From contig OZ316899.1 in the NCBI GenBank assembly GCA_973895155.1, positions 13,147,934-13,211,933 on the forward strand: 64,000 nucleotides of DNA, written 5' to 3'. The position numbers and the translations under genes were made by a program. The notes beneath the pieces were generated by a model. It saw nothing but the letters and a program-made list of their open reading frames with translations, did not search any database and had not been told where the DNA came from. Shown here piece after piece: positions 23,993 through 33,832 of the stretch. Origin of the DNA: Marsupella aquatica (lineage: Eukaryota; Plantae; Marchantiophyta). The first letter of the stretch is position 1. Every line of letters begins with the position of its first letter.

Positions 23993-25644
23993 TGTTAGAG
24001 AACACTTTAACCTCTAAAGACATGAATTCGTTCCCCGTAAGAGTGAATGAAAAGCGAATTGGTACTAAAAAGAGCAAATAAGATGTTGATTTGGCATAAC
24101 CTCACCAAGGAGTTCTCTCTCCTGAGGATTGATAGTAATCAATGCACAAAAAACTAATAATTAAAGAAAGGCATGGAAAGGACTAGTAAGAATGTCTTAT
24201 CAATTGACTCATGAGAAGAGATGATGGAAAATGACGATCCCCAGCAAATCAACAGGATTCTGGATTTTTAAGATTCAGAATGCAACAGAGCTCATAACAT
24301 GGTCGAATTAGAATAGACATCAAACATTAACAGAAATTGACATGGAGATCTAGCTATCAAACCAAGAATTCTTTTTGGTCAACAAATGGTGACGGTACTA
24401 GAATGCTTGAATTGGTATCTTCTCACACAAAGATTTCTAGATTGTCAAATTGATAACTTCTCAATCAAATTTAGATAATTACTCATGGGAAAGGAAACAT
24501 TCCATTTCGACTACTGGAACAGCAGGAGTTCAATGCTACCTAGAATCCATATGAGTAATTTAAATCAAAATGCAACTTCAAAGTATGATGGCAAAATTTC
24601 TAAGTATTAACTTCTCAATAGGAGAAGGAGTCTGCAGTTTTACTCACAACAGGTCAAGGCTCAACAGGAGCACCCGAGGAGGAGCTTCTATGCTTCCAAC
24701 AGAAACTGAGAACTAAGGAAAAATGAATCTGTGTTCCTCCTAAGATACACAAAGGAAGGATCCCAAAAGTCACAAAGTGTCATTTCCGGTTTTCGTGGAA
24801 GAAAAAGTAACTGTCAATAAAAATCCAGAAATGAGAACAAAGGAAAATCCGGAAAAGGATGTAAGGCAAAATCCGGATTTTGATTTCCGGTTCTACTACT
24901 AAATCCGGATTTAGATCCTAGTCGGATCCGGAAATGCTAACTAACTAACTAAAACAACTAATCTACTGAGCATCATCATCTACATCTACTCTAACTGACT
25001 CATGTGTAAGATCAACTGGGCTAGCAGGTTTTAGAGGAGGAGATGTAACTAAACTCGCAATAGCCTCCAAGTCCTTCAAATCAAAATGTGTTCCACGTGT
25101 TGGACTGATAGTCGAAGGTGACACTGACGGAAAACGGAACTCAACCTTCTCAAATCCGGGTGGGGTGCCTCCTGCTTCATTTTCATCTTGCAACACCGGA
25201 GACATTTCGGATTCCAGAATCCGGATTCGGGGAGGAGTCAACATGGACTTTGCATCCAAAATCACTTTCTCCATCTGCTCAAACATTCCAGAAATCTTCT
25301 TGGCAAAGTGGTTATTGCACTCAATAACCTTAACAAGGGTGCTTGGGTTGGCTGTCGCTAAATACTTATCTATCAGGTTAGCTTCCAACAAGCTCAGGAC
25401 TGGTACATGAAGTGCTTCCTGAACACTGGTAACTGCAACATTCAGTAATTTCCGGATCTTCAGGTGTTCCTCCAACTTCTTCTGTGCAACATCCAACTGG
25501 TCCACCAAAGAGTCAATCTTCTGTCTGTCCTTGAAGGCCTGATCCTCCAAGTCCCAGATCCGCTTCTTAGCCTAACTCTTGATCACCATGTCCAGAGTGG
25601 AAACAATGACAACCGGGCTGCAGTTGAGCATCTTAGCAACCGTC
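23993..25644 (-). mobile_element. Remnant 'H' of an LTR retrotransposon (3' region) that hosts C and E
   Basis: Starts TGTTAG at 23993 with LTR-like composition. Its minus-strand coiled-coil ORF stays open across the C insertion into 50475-50487 (..DLVG|TVAKMLNC..). Confidence 0.5.
24963..25639 (-). pseudogene. C-terminal coiled-coil part of an accessory ORF of H
   Basis: ORF 24963-25550 with heptad pattern (IDSLVDQLDVAQKKLEEHL); upstream part disrupted and interrupted by C. Confidence 0.5.
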
Positions 25645-27077
25645 TGTGACATGGGTAACGTGTCACTTAACCAAACGCAGGTCGAGATTAGGTCTTATAC
25701 GGTCATTAGGACCGTAGCCGTAGCGTAGAATAGCACAAATAGTCGTCTTTGCCATTATGAATAGATTAGGAGTAGGTTAGTTGATCGGATGATTATGAAT
25801 TAAAGCAGAGGGTTATTACGCTCGACCGCGGTACGGTGGCGGCGGCGGAGTAAAATCCGTTAGAAGAATCACGCTTGGACCGAGACGCCGACTTCTGCTC
25901 ATCATCAACGACCGGAACGACCTTGCCCACTCACGCTCAAAGCTCACCCTGGCACCTCCATAAGAGCGGAGTCGATGGCGCTGCGGGCCATTTGCTCATT
26001 TCTACCTTTCGGAATTCGCGGACGCTGCCATTCTCTTGCCTTCTTGCTTGAATCAAGCTGACCTTTACGAGGAGATCATAGAGGGATAAGAGCGGGTTGT
26101 GGCAAGATTTAGTCAGGGCAAGGAAGGCCTCCACCAGTAAGCGGACCAAACAGCGGGAACGCGGACTTGATGAACGAGACTACAAAGGTTAGTATGACCC
26201 TTACAGCCTTGGGATTCTGGAACTTGTTTGGCGAGGTAGGTGCTAAGTTCTCCGAGACTTACTGGTACTCTTGTCCCGAGAAAGCCGCTTACAAAAGAAG
26301 ATACGCAAAGTTGGTGGCCAAGGTAGCGCAGGTTAACTGCAAGAAGACAGCTATCACCAGGGATTCCAGCTACAACAAGCTGTAGGACTACATCATCGAG
26401 CTATATCTTAGCGAGGAAAGGCTTAGATTGGTAGCAGAGGCGAGTCCCCGCGAAGTTCTTTAGATTGAAGGGCAGCCAACAGCTTACTCAAGCGGAGTTT
26501 GACAAGATCTTGGAGTACCTAGACCAGCAGATTGCAGCCAAAAAGCGCCAAGAAGACATCAGCAGACAACGGGAAGCGACGCGTAATCTTACGTTCCTCG
26601 AGGAAAGCTCCAACGCCTTCAATGAGGATATGGCTACACCGACACCACCAGCCCCTCAGCCGATGACCACCGGCGTACCTCCGAACCAGTCCCAAGTCCG
26701 TCCCGTGAACAACACCAAGTGTTCTTTGGGTTCCGAGCGAGTTAGTCCGCATCTTGGGCAGCGTTCTCGTAAGCGGGCAAGGACGATACCGGCCCCCAAA
26801 TCGACAATGCCAACCAACGCCGCTCCTGCACCTGCCCCGACTAACCCCCCGGCCAACCAGGCCCGACGACCCCCGGATAATCCCAAGTCTAACTTATTAC
26901 AGGTAATCCGCGTTCCCGAGGTAGTCTTGATTGCAATCAAGAAACTTGACCACGCGGACTACTGTGATGCCTAGACAGGAATCACTCGGCCGGTTAAGTG
27001 GGTAAAGCAGGAAGGCACCCTAGGAACACCTTAGTATAGTGACAAAACAAGGAAAATATAAACAATTAGGGGCAACC

Positions 27078-30000
27078 ATGGAACCCGGGCAGAGGCCGGA
27101 GGTAAGGCTGAGGGTGAAAACCCGATTAGGGTTAGGGCGCGTTAAGCGTCGGCGGCTAGGAAGGATCAACGGGAAGAAGGACCGGCAGAGGAGAGGGGTA
27201 AGGAGCGCTTGCAGGAGATGGTGGCTCATTTGCGAGCACGAACTAGGCAGACGACTACGGGAGGCCAACTACTGTCAGCTGCTTAGGCAAGCACTCGGGG
27301 AGAGAGTAGATACCGACGATCAACCTAAGGAGGGTATGAGCAACGTCAATCAAGCGGCACATTTCTGGGGATGCCTGTTCGAACGGGCAACTGAGTACAT
27401 CAAGACTTACGAGGACGAGGAGTCAGAAAGGGCAGCTCGAGAACGGCAGGAGCTCGCTCGATTGTGGGAGCTGCAGAAGACGGCTTTCTTAGGAGGCGAA
27501 CTCATCAAGGACGAGTTCCTGTGGACGCCTACTTCCAATCAACTCGACGATCTTCTGTTTTGCAAGGACAGCGTCGTCGGCATCCGAGAGGCCATCAAGA
27601 ACTGCAACGACATACACTGGGAATTAAAGGGTAGCACGGAAAGGTGGACCCAGGCAACGGTGCTAGGAGAAACCTCCACGGCAGCAGAGATGAAGAGGAA
27701 GGGAGCCGTCAACGATGAAGCCACCCCGGCAAAAAGAACGAGGTCGACGGCACCAAAGAAACCAGCCGAGCAGCAGAGCAGGAGGCAGGGAGAAGCCGAA
27801 GAGGAGGAGGTCGATCCCATCAAGGCCATTCCAACCAGGGATGACACCTGGAAGGGCTGGGCGGCAACCCTACCAGTGGAGGTGCAACTACATTTTGCAC
27901 GGGAGGAGGATGCATGCTTTACGGCCATGCAGACCAAGAAGTACCAAGGCTTCATGGCCGGATCCGGCTTGGAGGCCTTTGTAAGATTACCATGGCTGAA
28001 GCCGGAGGTACCGGAGTCAGACCTATTAGAATTCGTGGGGTCATGGGAACCCGAGACCAATTGCACGAGGATATATGGGAAGGATTTCTATCTTACTCCC
28101 AAGGTGATTGCCGAAGTGTTTGGCTTGCCGATGGGCAATAAGACCAAAGTTGATACCAGGAAGACCTTGCCTGACAAGGAGTTCCGGTCGTTCCCCGGGC
28201 CATCAACGAAGAATGGCTTCTTCCGGAACACCTGCACCAACCCGCACATAGGAGAGATGATCGACTTCTTGCGGGTGACCATGCATTGTAACTTGCCGAG
28301 GGCAGAGATCGGCAAGGCACAGGTCTATCTGGCAGAAAGGCCAGACCCAAGCCGGGACTACAACGGGTACCTCCTCAACCAATTGAAGAAGATCTTAAAG
28401 GAGGAGCAGCAGGTAATCGGCATGGGGAGCGTGTCGCGGCTTGGCTATCACATGCCGCTGTTGTGCCGGTATGCCAGAGGTCAGACTTTTGCCCCGGTAC
28501 TTCCCCTGCAGGTAAGGGCACCCGAGGAAGCTCCAACGCCGAGGCCGTTGGCTGAGAAGCCTCAACCACCTGTTAGTCCTACGATCGAGCAGGTGTTTAG
28601 GCCCAGGAAGGAAGACTTGCCGATGCAGCAACCAGGCATGCAGAGTCTGCTGAAACTACTGGAGAAAGAAAAGAAATCGGCATCGGCAACAACAACGGCA
28701 ACGGCAACCATGCAGGACACTACTACAGAGGTAGGCCTACACCGGCTCACAAGAGAAAACCCCTTTGCTGGAGACGAGAGAATCAGGCCGGAATCCAAGC
28801 CAGGTGTTCGAATGTACGTGGGAACCTCAAGCTCCGAATCTGAGGCAGAATTGCCTGAAGCTCCTACCGAGGAAGAGGAGAGGGAGAAGCCGGAAATCCA
28901 AGAGGTAGAGGAGGCAGTGGAGGACTGCAGCCATGATAATTCCGGCTATGGGTCGGACCATCACGTTCCAGGAGTAAGGACCTGTGGCCGGTTTGTCCCC
29001 ACACTTCCAAGGGTAGTGCGAGGGGACCCCAACCAGCAGAGTAGCCCTGAGTCTCCCCCACCAGATGTTGCTCCCCCGAGCTTCGACGGCATAAAACAGA
29101 CGGTGCAGGAATTTCAGGAGCGAATCAAGCAGGAGGAAGAGGCCGCCCTGGCTAAGGAAAAGGATTTACCAGGAGGAGATTGGCCGGAGGACATCAGGCG
29201 GCTAGCCGAAAAAGGAAGCAAACCTCTAGCCACGATTGAAGAGATCCGCAGGACGGCTTGGGAGCAGAGGCCACGATGGGCGATGCCGATCACTTCTACT
29301 TACTCCACCTACGCTAAGAATAGAGCCATGGAGTATGGTGAGATGTGTGGGGAACTTGCGCTCGGCATCTTTGGAGAGGAGTTGGAGGTAGGACCCTTTT
29401 TCCATAGGGAGCAGTTGGAGAAGCACCAATTAGAAGAAGCGGTGGCTTTAGAGAGAAGCAAGAAGGACGAGGTCATTCGGCGGCTTAGGAGGATGGAAGC
29501 CGAGATTGAAGATCTAAGGGCGGCCAAGAAAGCCCAAGATGAACTGCGGATTAAACGACATGAGCTGAACATCATGCAGGGGCAGTTGGACGCCGCGCAG
29601 GCTGATAATCAGAATATCAAGGATAAACTGACTCAGACGCAGGAAGAGTTGGCCGACACGATCAAAGAAAGGGAAAAGTGGAAGCAAGAGCTGAAGAATA
29701 CAGAGGAGGCCCACATAACAGCCAACAGCCGGGCCATGGCGGAGACCCAAAGAAAGGAATGGGCGTTGAAAGGGGAGCTCGAGAAAATCCGCGGAGCCCT
29801 TGAGCAGAAGGAGGTCGAGTTAGGGAAATCCTATCAAGGGATTATGGCGCTGCAGCAGGAGCTTGCGTCCCTAACGGCCAGCTTCAAGGCCGACCTAAGG
29901 GAGAAGGACAAGATGCTCGAACAGACTTACGCCAAGATGAACCAGATGGAGTCTGTCATCATTGCAGAGCTCGACAAGGAGCTAAGAGCAACCCAGGAGG

Positions 30001-30698
30001 AGAAGGCTACCTTGAAGAAGGAATTGGAGGAAGCCCACAGGGAGCAGGAGGAGGCCAAAAACGAGCTGGAGGGGGCACGTAAGGACCTGGATGAAACCCA
30101 AGAGGAGTTGGAGGAAATCACGAGGAAGATGGAGAACCTACAGCGGCGGGCCGACAACCAAACAGAGCGGCTGAAGAAACAAGCCGCAGTATTTAAATGC
30201 TTAGCTGCAGTAGGTCCATCTCCTGTTGGGACAAACCAGTTACCAGGGGTGGTAATTGCCGAAGGACAAGCCGCGCCACCTGCACCAGTGCCGGAGGTAA
30301 GTGGGAAGGGGAAGGGACCAGCTGCCGAGCCACCAACGAAGAAGAAGCGGAAACCTTCAGGGTCAAGGAGTAATACGACTTCACAGGCCGTGGTGATCAA
30401 GGAGGTAGACCCGGCACCGACCCCAGACAGGGTCACAGCTAAGGATCCAACTACCCTAGGGGAAGGGGAGGCCGAAGCCGAGGGAGTGGCTGAAGCCGAA
30501 GCCGTGGGGGTGGCTGAAGCCGAAGCCGTGGGTATTGCCGAGGCCGGTGTCGAGGCTGAAGCCGAAGGTGGACCCAGTCAAGCCGAGGGAGAGTTGACTC
30601 GGTCAAGGGCAGGTAATCTGTCAGTAGGCGGGCCAACGGCAGTGGCTGAGGGGGAAGTGTTGGGGGCGTCCATTGAGGATCCACCACCGGTGTCGTGA
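27078..30698 (+). CDS. Intact LTR-encoded protein (~1206 aa from first ATG): N-terminal helical domain, plant-transposon (Transposase_32/PMD-like) core, acidic/Pro linker, long coiled coil, NLS-like basic motifs
   Basis: Uninterrupted ORF 27039-30698; ACCATGG start context at 27078. Core LEAFVRLPW..LLEFVGSW..IYGKDFYLTPKVIAEVFGLP; long coiled coil; PPTKKKRKP. No TM segment seen. Confidence 0.85.
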   Translation: MEPGQRPEVRLRVKTRLGLGRVKRRRLGRINGKKDRQRRGVRSACRRWWLICEHELGRRLREANYCQLLRQALGERVDTDDQPKEGMSNVNQAAHFWGCLFERATEYIKTYEDEESERAARERQELARLWELQKTAFLGGELIKDEFLWTPTSNQLDDLLFCKDSVVGIREAIKNCNDIHWELKGSTERWTQATVLGETSTAAEMKRKGAVNDEATPAKRTRSTAPKKPAEQQSRRQGEAEEEEVDPIKAIPTRDDTWKGWAATLPVEVQLHFAREEDACFTAMQTKKYQGFMAGSGLEAFVRLPWLKPEVPESDLLEFVGSWEPETNCTRIYGKDFYLTPKVIAEVFGLPMGNKTKVDTRKTLPDKEFRSFPGPSTKNGFFRNTCTNPHIGEMIDFLRVTMHCNLPRAEIGKAQVYLAERPDPSRDYNGYLLNQLKKILKEEQQVIGMGSVSRLGYHMPLLCRYARGQTFAPVLPLQVRAPEEAPTPRPLAEKPQPPVSPTIEQVFRPRKEDLPMQQPGMQSLLKLLEKEKKSASATTTATATMQDTTTEVGLHRLTRENPFAGDERIRPESKPGVRMYVGTSSSESEAELPEAPTEEEEREKPEIQEVEEAVEDCSHDNSGYGSDHHVPGVRTCGRFVPTLPRVVRGDPNQQSSPESPPPDVAPPSFDGIKQTVQEFQERIKQEEEAALAKEKDLPGGDWPEDIRRLAEKGSKPLATIEEIRRTAWEQRPRWAMPITSTYSTYAKNRAMEYGEMCGELALGIFGEELEVGPFFHREQLEKHQLEEAVALERSKKDEVIRRLRRMEAEIEDLRAAKKAQDELRIKRHELNIMQGQLDAAQADNQNIKDKLTQTQEELADTIKEREKWKQELKNTEEAHITANSRAMAETQRKEWALKGELEKIRGALEQKEVELGKSYQGIMALQQELASLTASFKADLREKDKMLEQTYAKMNQMESVIIAELDKELRATQEEKATLKKELEEAHREQEEAKNELEGARKDLDETQEELEEITRKMENLQRRADNQTERLKKQAAVFKCLAAVGPSPVGTNQLPGVVIAEGQAAPPAPVPEVSGKGKGPAAEPPTKKKRKPSGSRSNTTSQAVVIKEVDPAPTPDRVTAKDPTTLGEGEAEAEGVAEAEAVGVAEAEAVGIAEAGVEAEAEGGPSQAEGELTRSRAGNLSVGGPTAVAEGEVLGASIEDPPPVS
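30470..30570 (+). repeat. 24-bp tandem repeat encoding (VAEAEAVG)n at the end of the G ORF
   Basis: GGCTGAAGCCGAAGCCGTGGG(GGT) repeated. Confidence 0.7.
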
Positions 30699-33612
30699 CG
30701 GTGCAAGGGCGCCGTTCCTTTTAGGGAGGGCGGACGTGGAGGGAGGAGGCGTGAGTGGGCAGGGCGGGCGCGGATCCTCCCTCTACTACTACTATTAACA
30801 TTTTACACACATATACTGGACAGATCCTTCATCGGGTCATGAGATACGTAGCCGGCCTAATATAGGCCTTCCCCTGTCTTCCCCTGTCTTCCCCTCCGTC
30901 TTGTTAGGTATGTTTGGATTCTGCCGCCGGAATGATCCCCAATAGGCTTGGTTAAGCCGCTAAGACCTCTCTCAGCTCGACACATCCAACTCTCACTCCC
31001 CTGCTTACTTTCCTTCTTTCTGTTGATGTGGGCACTCTTCACACAAGTTAATGCGACAACTACCTCAAGGAGCATTAGTTGGAGCAATTCGCTCACTTGC
31101 TATGGAGACCGTGCACGGCCGGGCCAAAGGAGACTTGTGAGTTCATCTCCAATTTCAACACTGACGCATCAACCACCAAGGTTTCAGGACAGACCTTATC
31201 ACTCACGGAGCATCGGTTAGCACAGATCTTCTGCCTGCCAACCGGGCCGGTGCCGGTTGAACTCCGAATTTGAGATAAGGAGTATACACCTCGGCACTTC
31301 AAACCTGAAGGTAAGACGGACAATGGATACAAGCAGGGGTCATGCACCAACTTAATCTGCATGGAGCGGCTTAACTTCATACGGACTACCCTACACATGA
31401 TTGAGCCACGATCCGAGATCTCCCTTTGCACGATCGTGCAGGTGGAACAACACAAACGGCGGAATTGGGCCCAATTCTTGTACCGAAGGTTCTTGGGGGA
31501 GCTTAAGCAGGCTCAAGGAGGTATGGCTATTGGGGGGAAGACTTACTTGGGAAGTCATATCGCCATCATCCTCGCCTGGTACAAGGCACGGTGGGAGGCC
31601 AGAGGAAAGAATATGGCCACCTCAGCCCCGACTAATGTTACCCTCGCTCCAAGGGAGGCATCCCCGAGCGAGCGGACTACCGTGCCTCGGCCAAACCCCG
31701 AGCCGGAGGCCCCGACTAGTACTCTGTCACCCCCTCCTGCTGAAATTCCGCCGCCCCCTTCCGTCGAGCCTCCGCTACCCGCAGTACAGCCACCCCCAAT
31801 CCCTCCACCACCTCAAGAAACCTTTCCTTCCCCAATGCAGACTATAGAGGAGCTCACCACCCCGCCCGAGGAACCACCGGTACCCGAGAGGATGGAGGAC
31901 TACCAAGTAGCCCCGGGGACCATGGCCTATGACCTGGTCCAGAAGTTTAGTCAGACTCTGTCAGGGGAGCTGGCGACGTACATCGGACAACAATTCTCGG
32001 CGTACTTTCAACCAGCCTTCTTCATGTTAGAGCACCAACCATGGATCGTAAGCCGCATGGAAGAAGAACTCATGGCGAAGGGGAATGAGATCGGGCGCCT
32101 CCAAATGCTGGTAGAACACCTCAAGGAGGAGGCCACTACCCGCCGTGAGGAGTTAGTCCGCACCGTCGAACAGCGGGACGGACTAACCCAAGAGTTGAGC
32201 AAGGCGCAAGTGGATCTCAAGAAGCTGGACAACACCGTGCTTCAGTTGCGCTCGGAATCCTTGGCTCGGGTTACCAGCTTGACCGACCTCAACAACCAAT
32301 TCCTACAAGCAGCTCAGCAGGTGGCTAGTCTCTCCGCCAAACGGGATAAATTGCTGGCGCAAGACCAGACCCATCGTGACTCCATTGACCAGCTCAACCT
32401 GGAGGTAGCACGGCTCCAGATCAAGGTCGATGAAGCTGCAAACAAGGCGAAGGAGGCTCTGCGGGACAACAAGGCCTTACAGGACCGCATTACCCTGCTC
32501 GTCCTCTAGCGGGGAAGACCTGGGCCCACCTCTGATCAAGGCGGCTTGAGGTCTTGCCCCGACAGGGGGACAAACCCTGGTCCGACCATGGCTCGCACGT
32601 AAGAGGTGGTTAGCGAAGGGTGGAAGTAGGCGCCGCGCAAGGCGGTTCAGTCAACGGCATCTTTTGGTTAGGTGTAACGACAGAATAGTTGTCATTAGGC
32701 ACCGATTAGCGGCACAGTAGGAAGAATTTGGACCGGATCAGTTAGGATCAGCAAATGTAGGATAGAGTCCATCAACGGACTAGATTTTGGTTAGTAGACT
32801 TAGCTGCTGCCATTCCGGTCAGCGCCCTTGTCGTCGACGGTCAACCAGTCAGAGGAGTGCGGCTGGCTAGTCAGAGGGTAGTTAGTCAGTAGGCATTACC
32901 CCGGAAGGTAGTATCTTTTGGTTCCTTTCCGCAACCGTAGACAGTATTTAGGCTTCCCTTTCCGCTGTGGGAAAAAGGGGAGAAGGCTTAGTTATCTTAG
33001 CTTAAGAAAAGGCGAGGCACGGGGAGTCCCGGCCTGAGCAGGGTCAGAGTGCACCAAGGAGTGAGAGCCAGAGTCGAGCTTGCTGGGCAAGTGCGGGGCG
33101 GGGCCTCGTAGAGATTGGGCATCGACTGCCGTTGGGCCTGCTGACCCCCTTAGAAGTCGAGTCAACTATGTAAACTGATTCTTCGCTGAGTAAATGTAGT
33201 CTTTTCCCTCTAATGTTTCCGCGAGTAACTGGTGTTGTGTGTATGCTTTGTCTGGGCAAAGGCGCCATTTCAAGGGACGTACCGGGTGCGGACTAATGGT
33301 AGGGATTGCCACCCATTGCATGTCACAACGTTCTGTCACGTCGATGGCTTGAAAGCCCCAAGCCGGGAGTTAGTCCGAGTCACTAACTGTGGGAATATTC
33401 CAGCGGTGGAAAACAAATATACCTATGACTAGTACGAGTTGCGTGAGTGTTATACCAGTAAGTATATTGCCTTAGCCCGACTTAGGGCCAATCAAGGCCA
33501 CTACACACCTCCTTGCCCTCACCCTCACCCCTTGGTGGTCAAGGTCGCCCCATGGAGCTAAACTGGATTTAAGGCCCGGCTTAGGGGCGCGACATACGGC
33601 AACCAGTTTTTT

Positions 33613-33630
33613 TTGCGCTAGATGGAGGGG
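33613..33630 (+). other. Primer-binding site of C, tRNA-Asn-like, 18 nt downstream of the LTR
   Basis: TTGCGCTAGATGGAGGGG resembles TGGCGCTAGAAGGAGGGG, the complement of the plant tRNA-Asn 3' end (from memory). Confidence 0.55.
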
Positions 33631-33832
33631 GCACTTGTTTTGCCTTACGAGTGGAGCCGTGTAGTGAGCTATTAACCTTTGATTTTGTCCTTGACGTGTA
33701 GGAAGGGGCATGCCCCTTACCCGGTGACGTTCTGTGTATTTACAACAACCAGACGGAGCATCAAGTTTGGAAGGAAATACCGCATCTGGCGGAGCGGGGA
33801 GCTCAACTTCCCAAGCAGGATCGCTTATTGTG

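Larger units (their letters stand above)
26963..31058 (+). mobile_element. Element 'G': 4096-bp solo-LTR-like unit carrying one intact ORF
   Basis: TGTGATG...GCGACA ends; 5-bp TSD ACTAC (26958-26962, 31059-31063). The empty site with a single ACTAC is visible in C's 3' LTR at 48386-48390. Start matches the B2 LTR start. Confidence 0.9.
26170..32509 (+). pseudogene. LTR-encoded accessory protein of C (5' LTR copy), split by G at 26962/31059
   Basis: Removing G gives ..KKLDHADY|LKEH*LEQFAHLLWRPC..CEFISNF..LAQIFCLP..ERLNFIRTTLHMIEPRSEIS..GGKTYLGSHI, then Pro-rich and coiled-coil regions (ORF 31361-32509). Confidence 0.8.
25645..33594 (+). repeat. 5' LTR of C (~3.85 kb after removing G)
   Basis: Direct repeat of 39653-40597 + 48014-50469; ends ...TTAGGGGCGCGACA in both copies. 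Confidence 0.92.

Noticed and set aside
27078-30698. Retroviral-type env gene
   Set aside because: No signal peptide or transmembrane stretch visible; the protein is hydrophilic and coiled-coil with NLS-like motifs.
25645-33594. A single ~8-kb LTR encoding two or three genes
   Set aside because: 4096 bp of it is a separate insertion (G) with its own TG..CA ends and ACTAC TSD, absent from the 3' LTR. The true LTR is ~3.85 kb with one gene.
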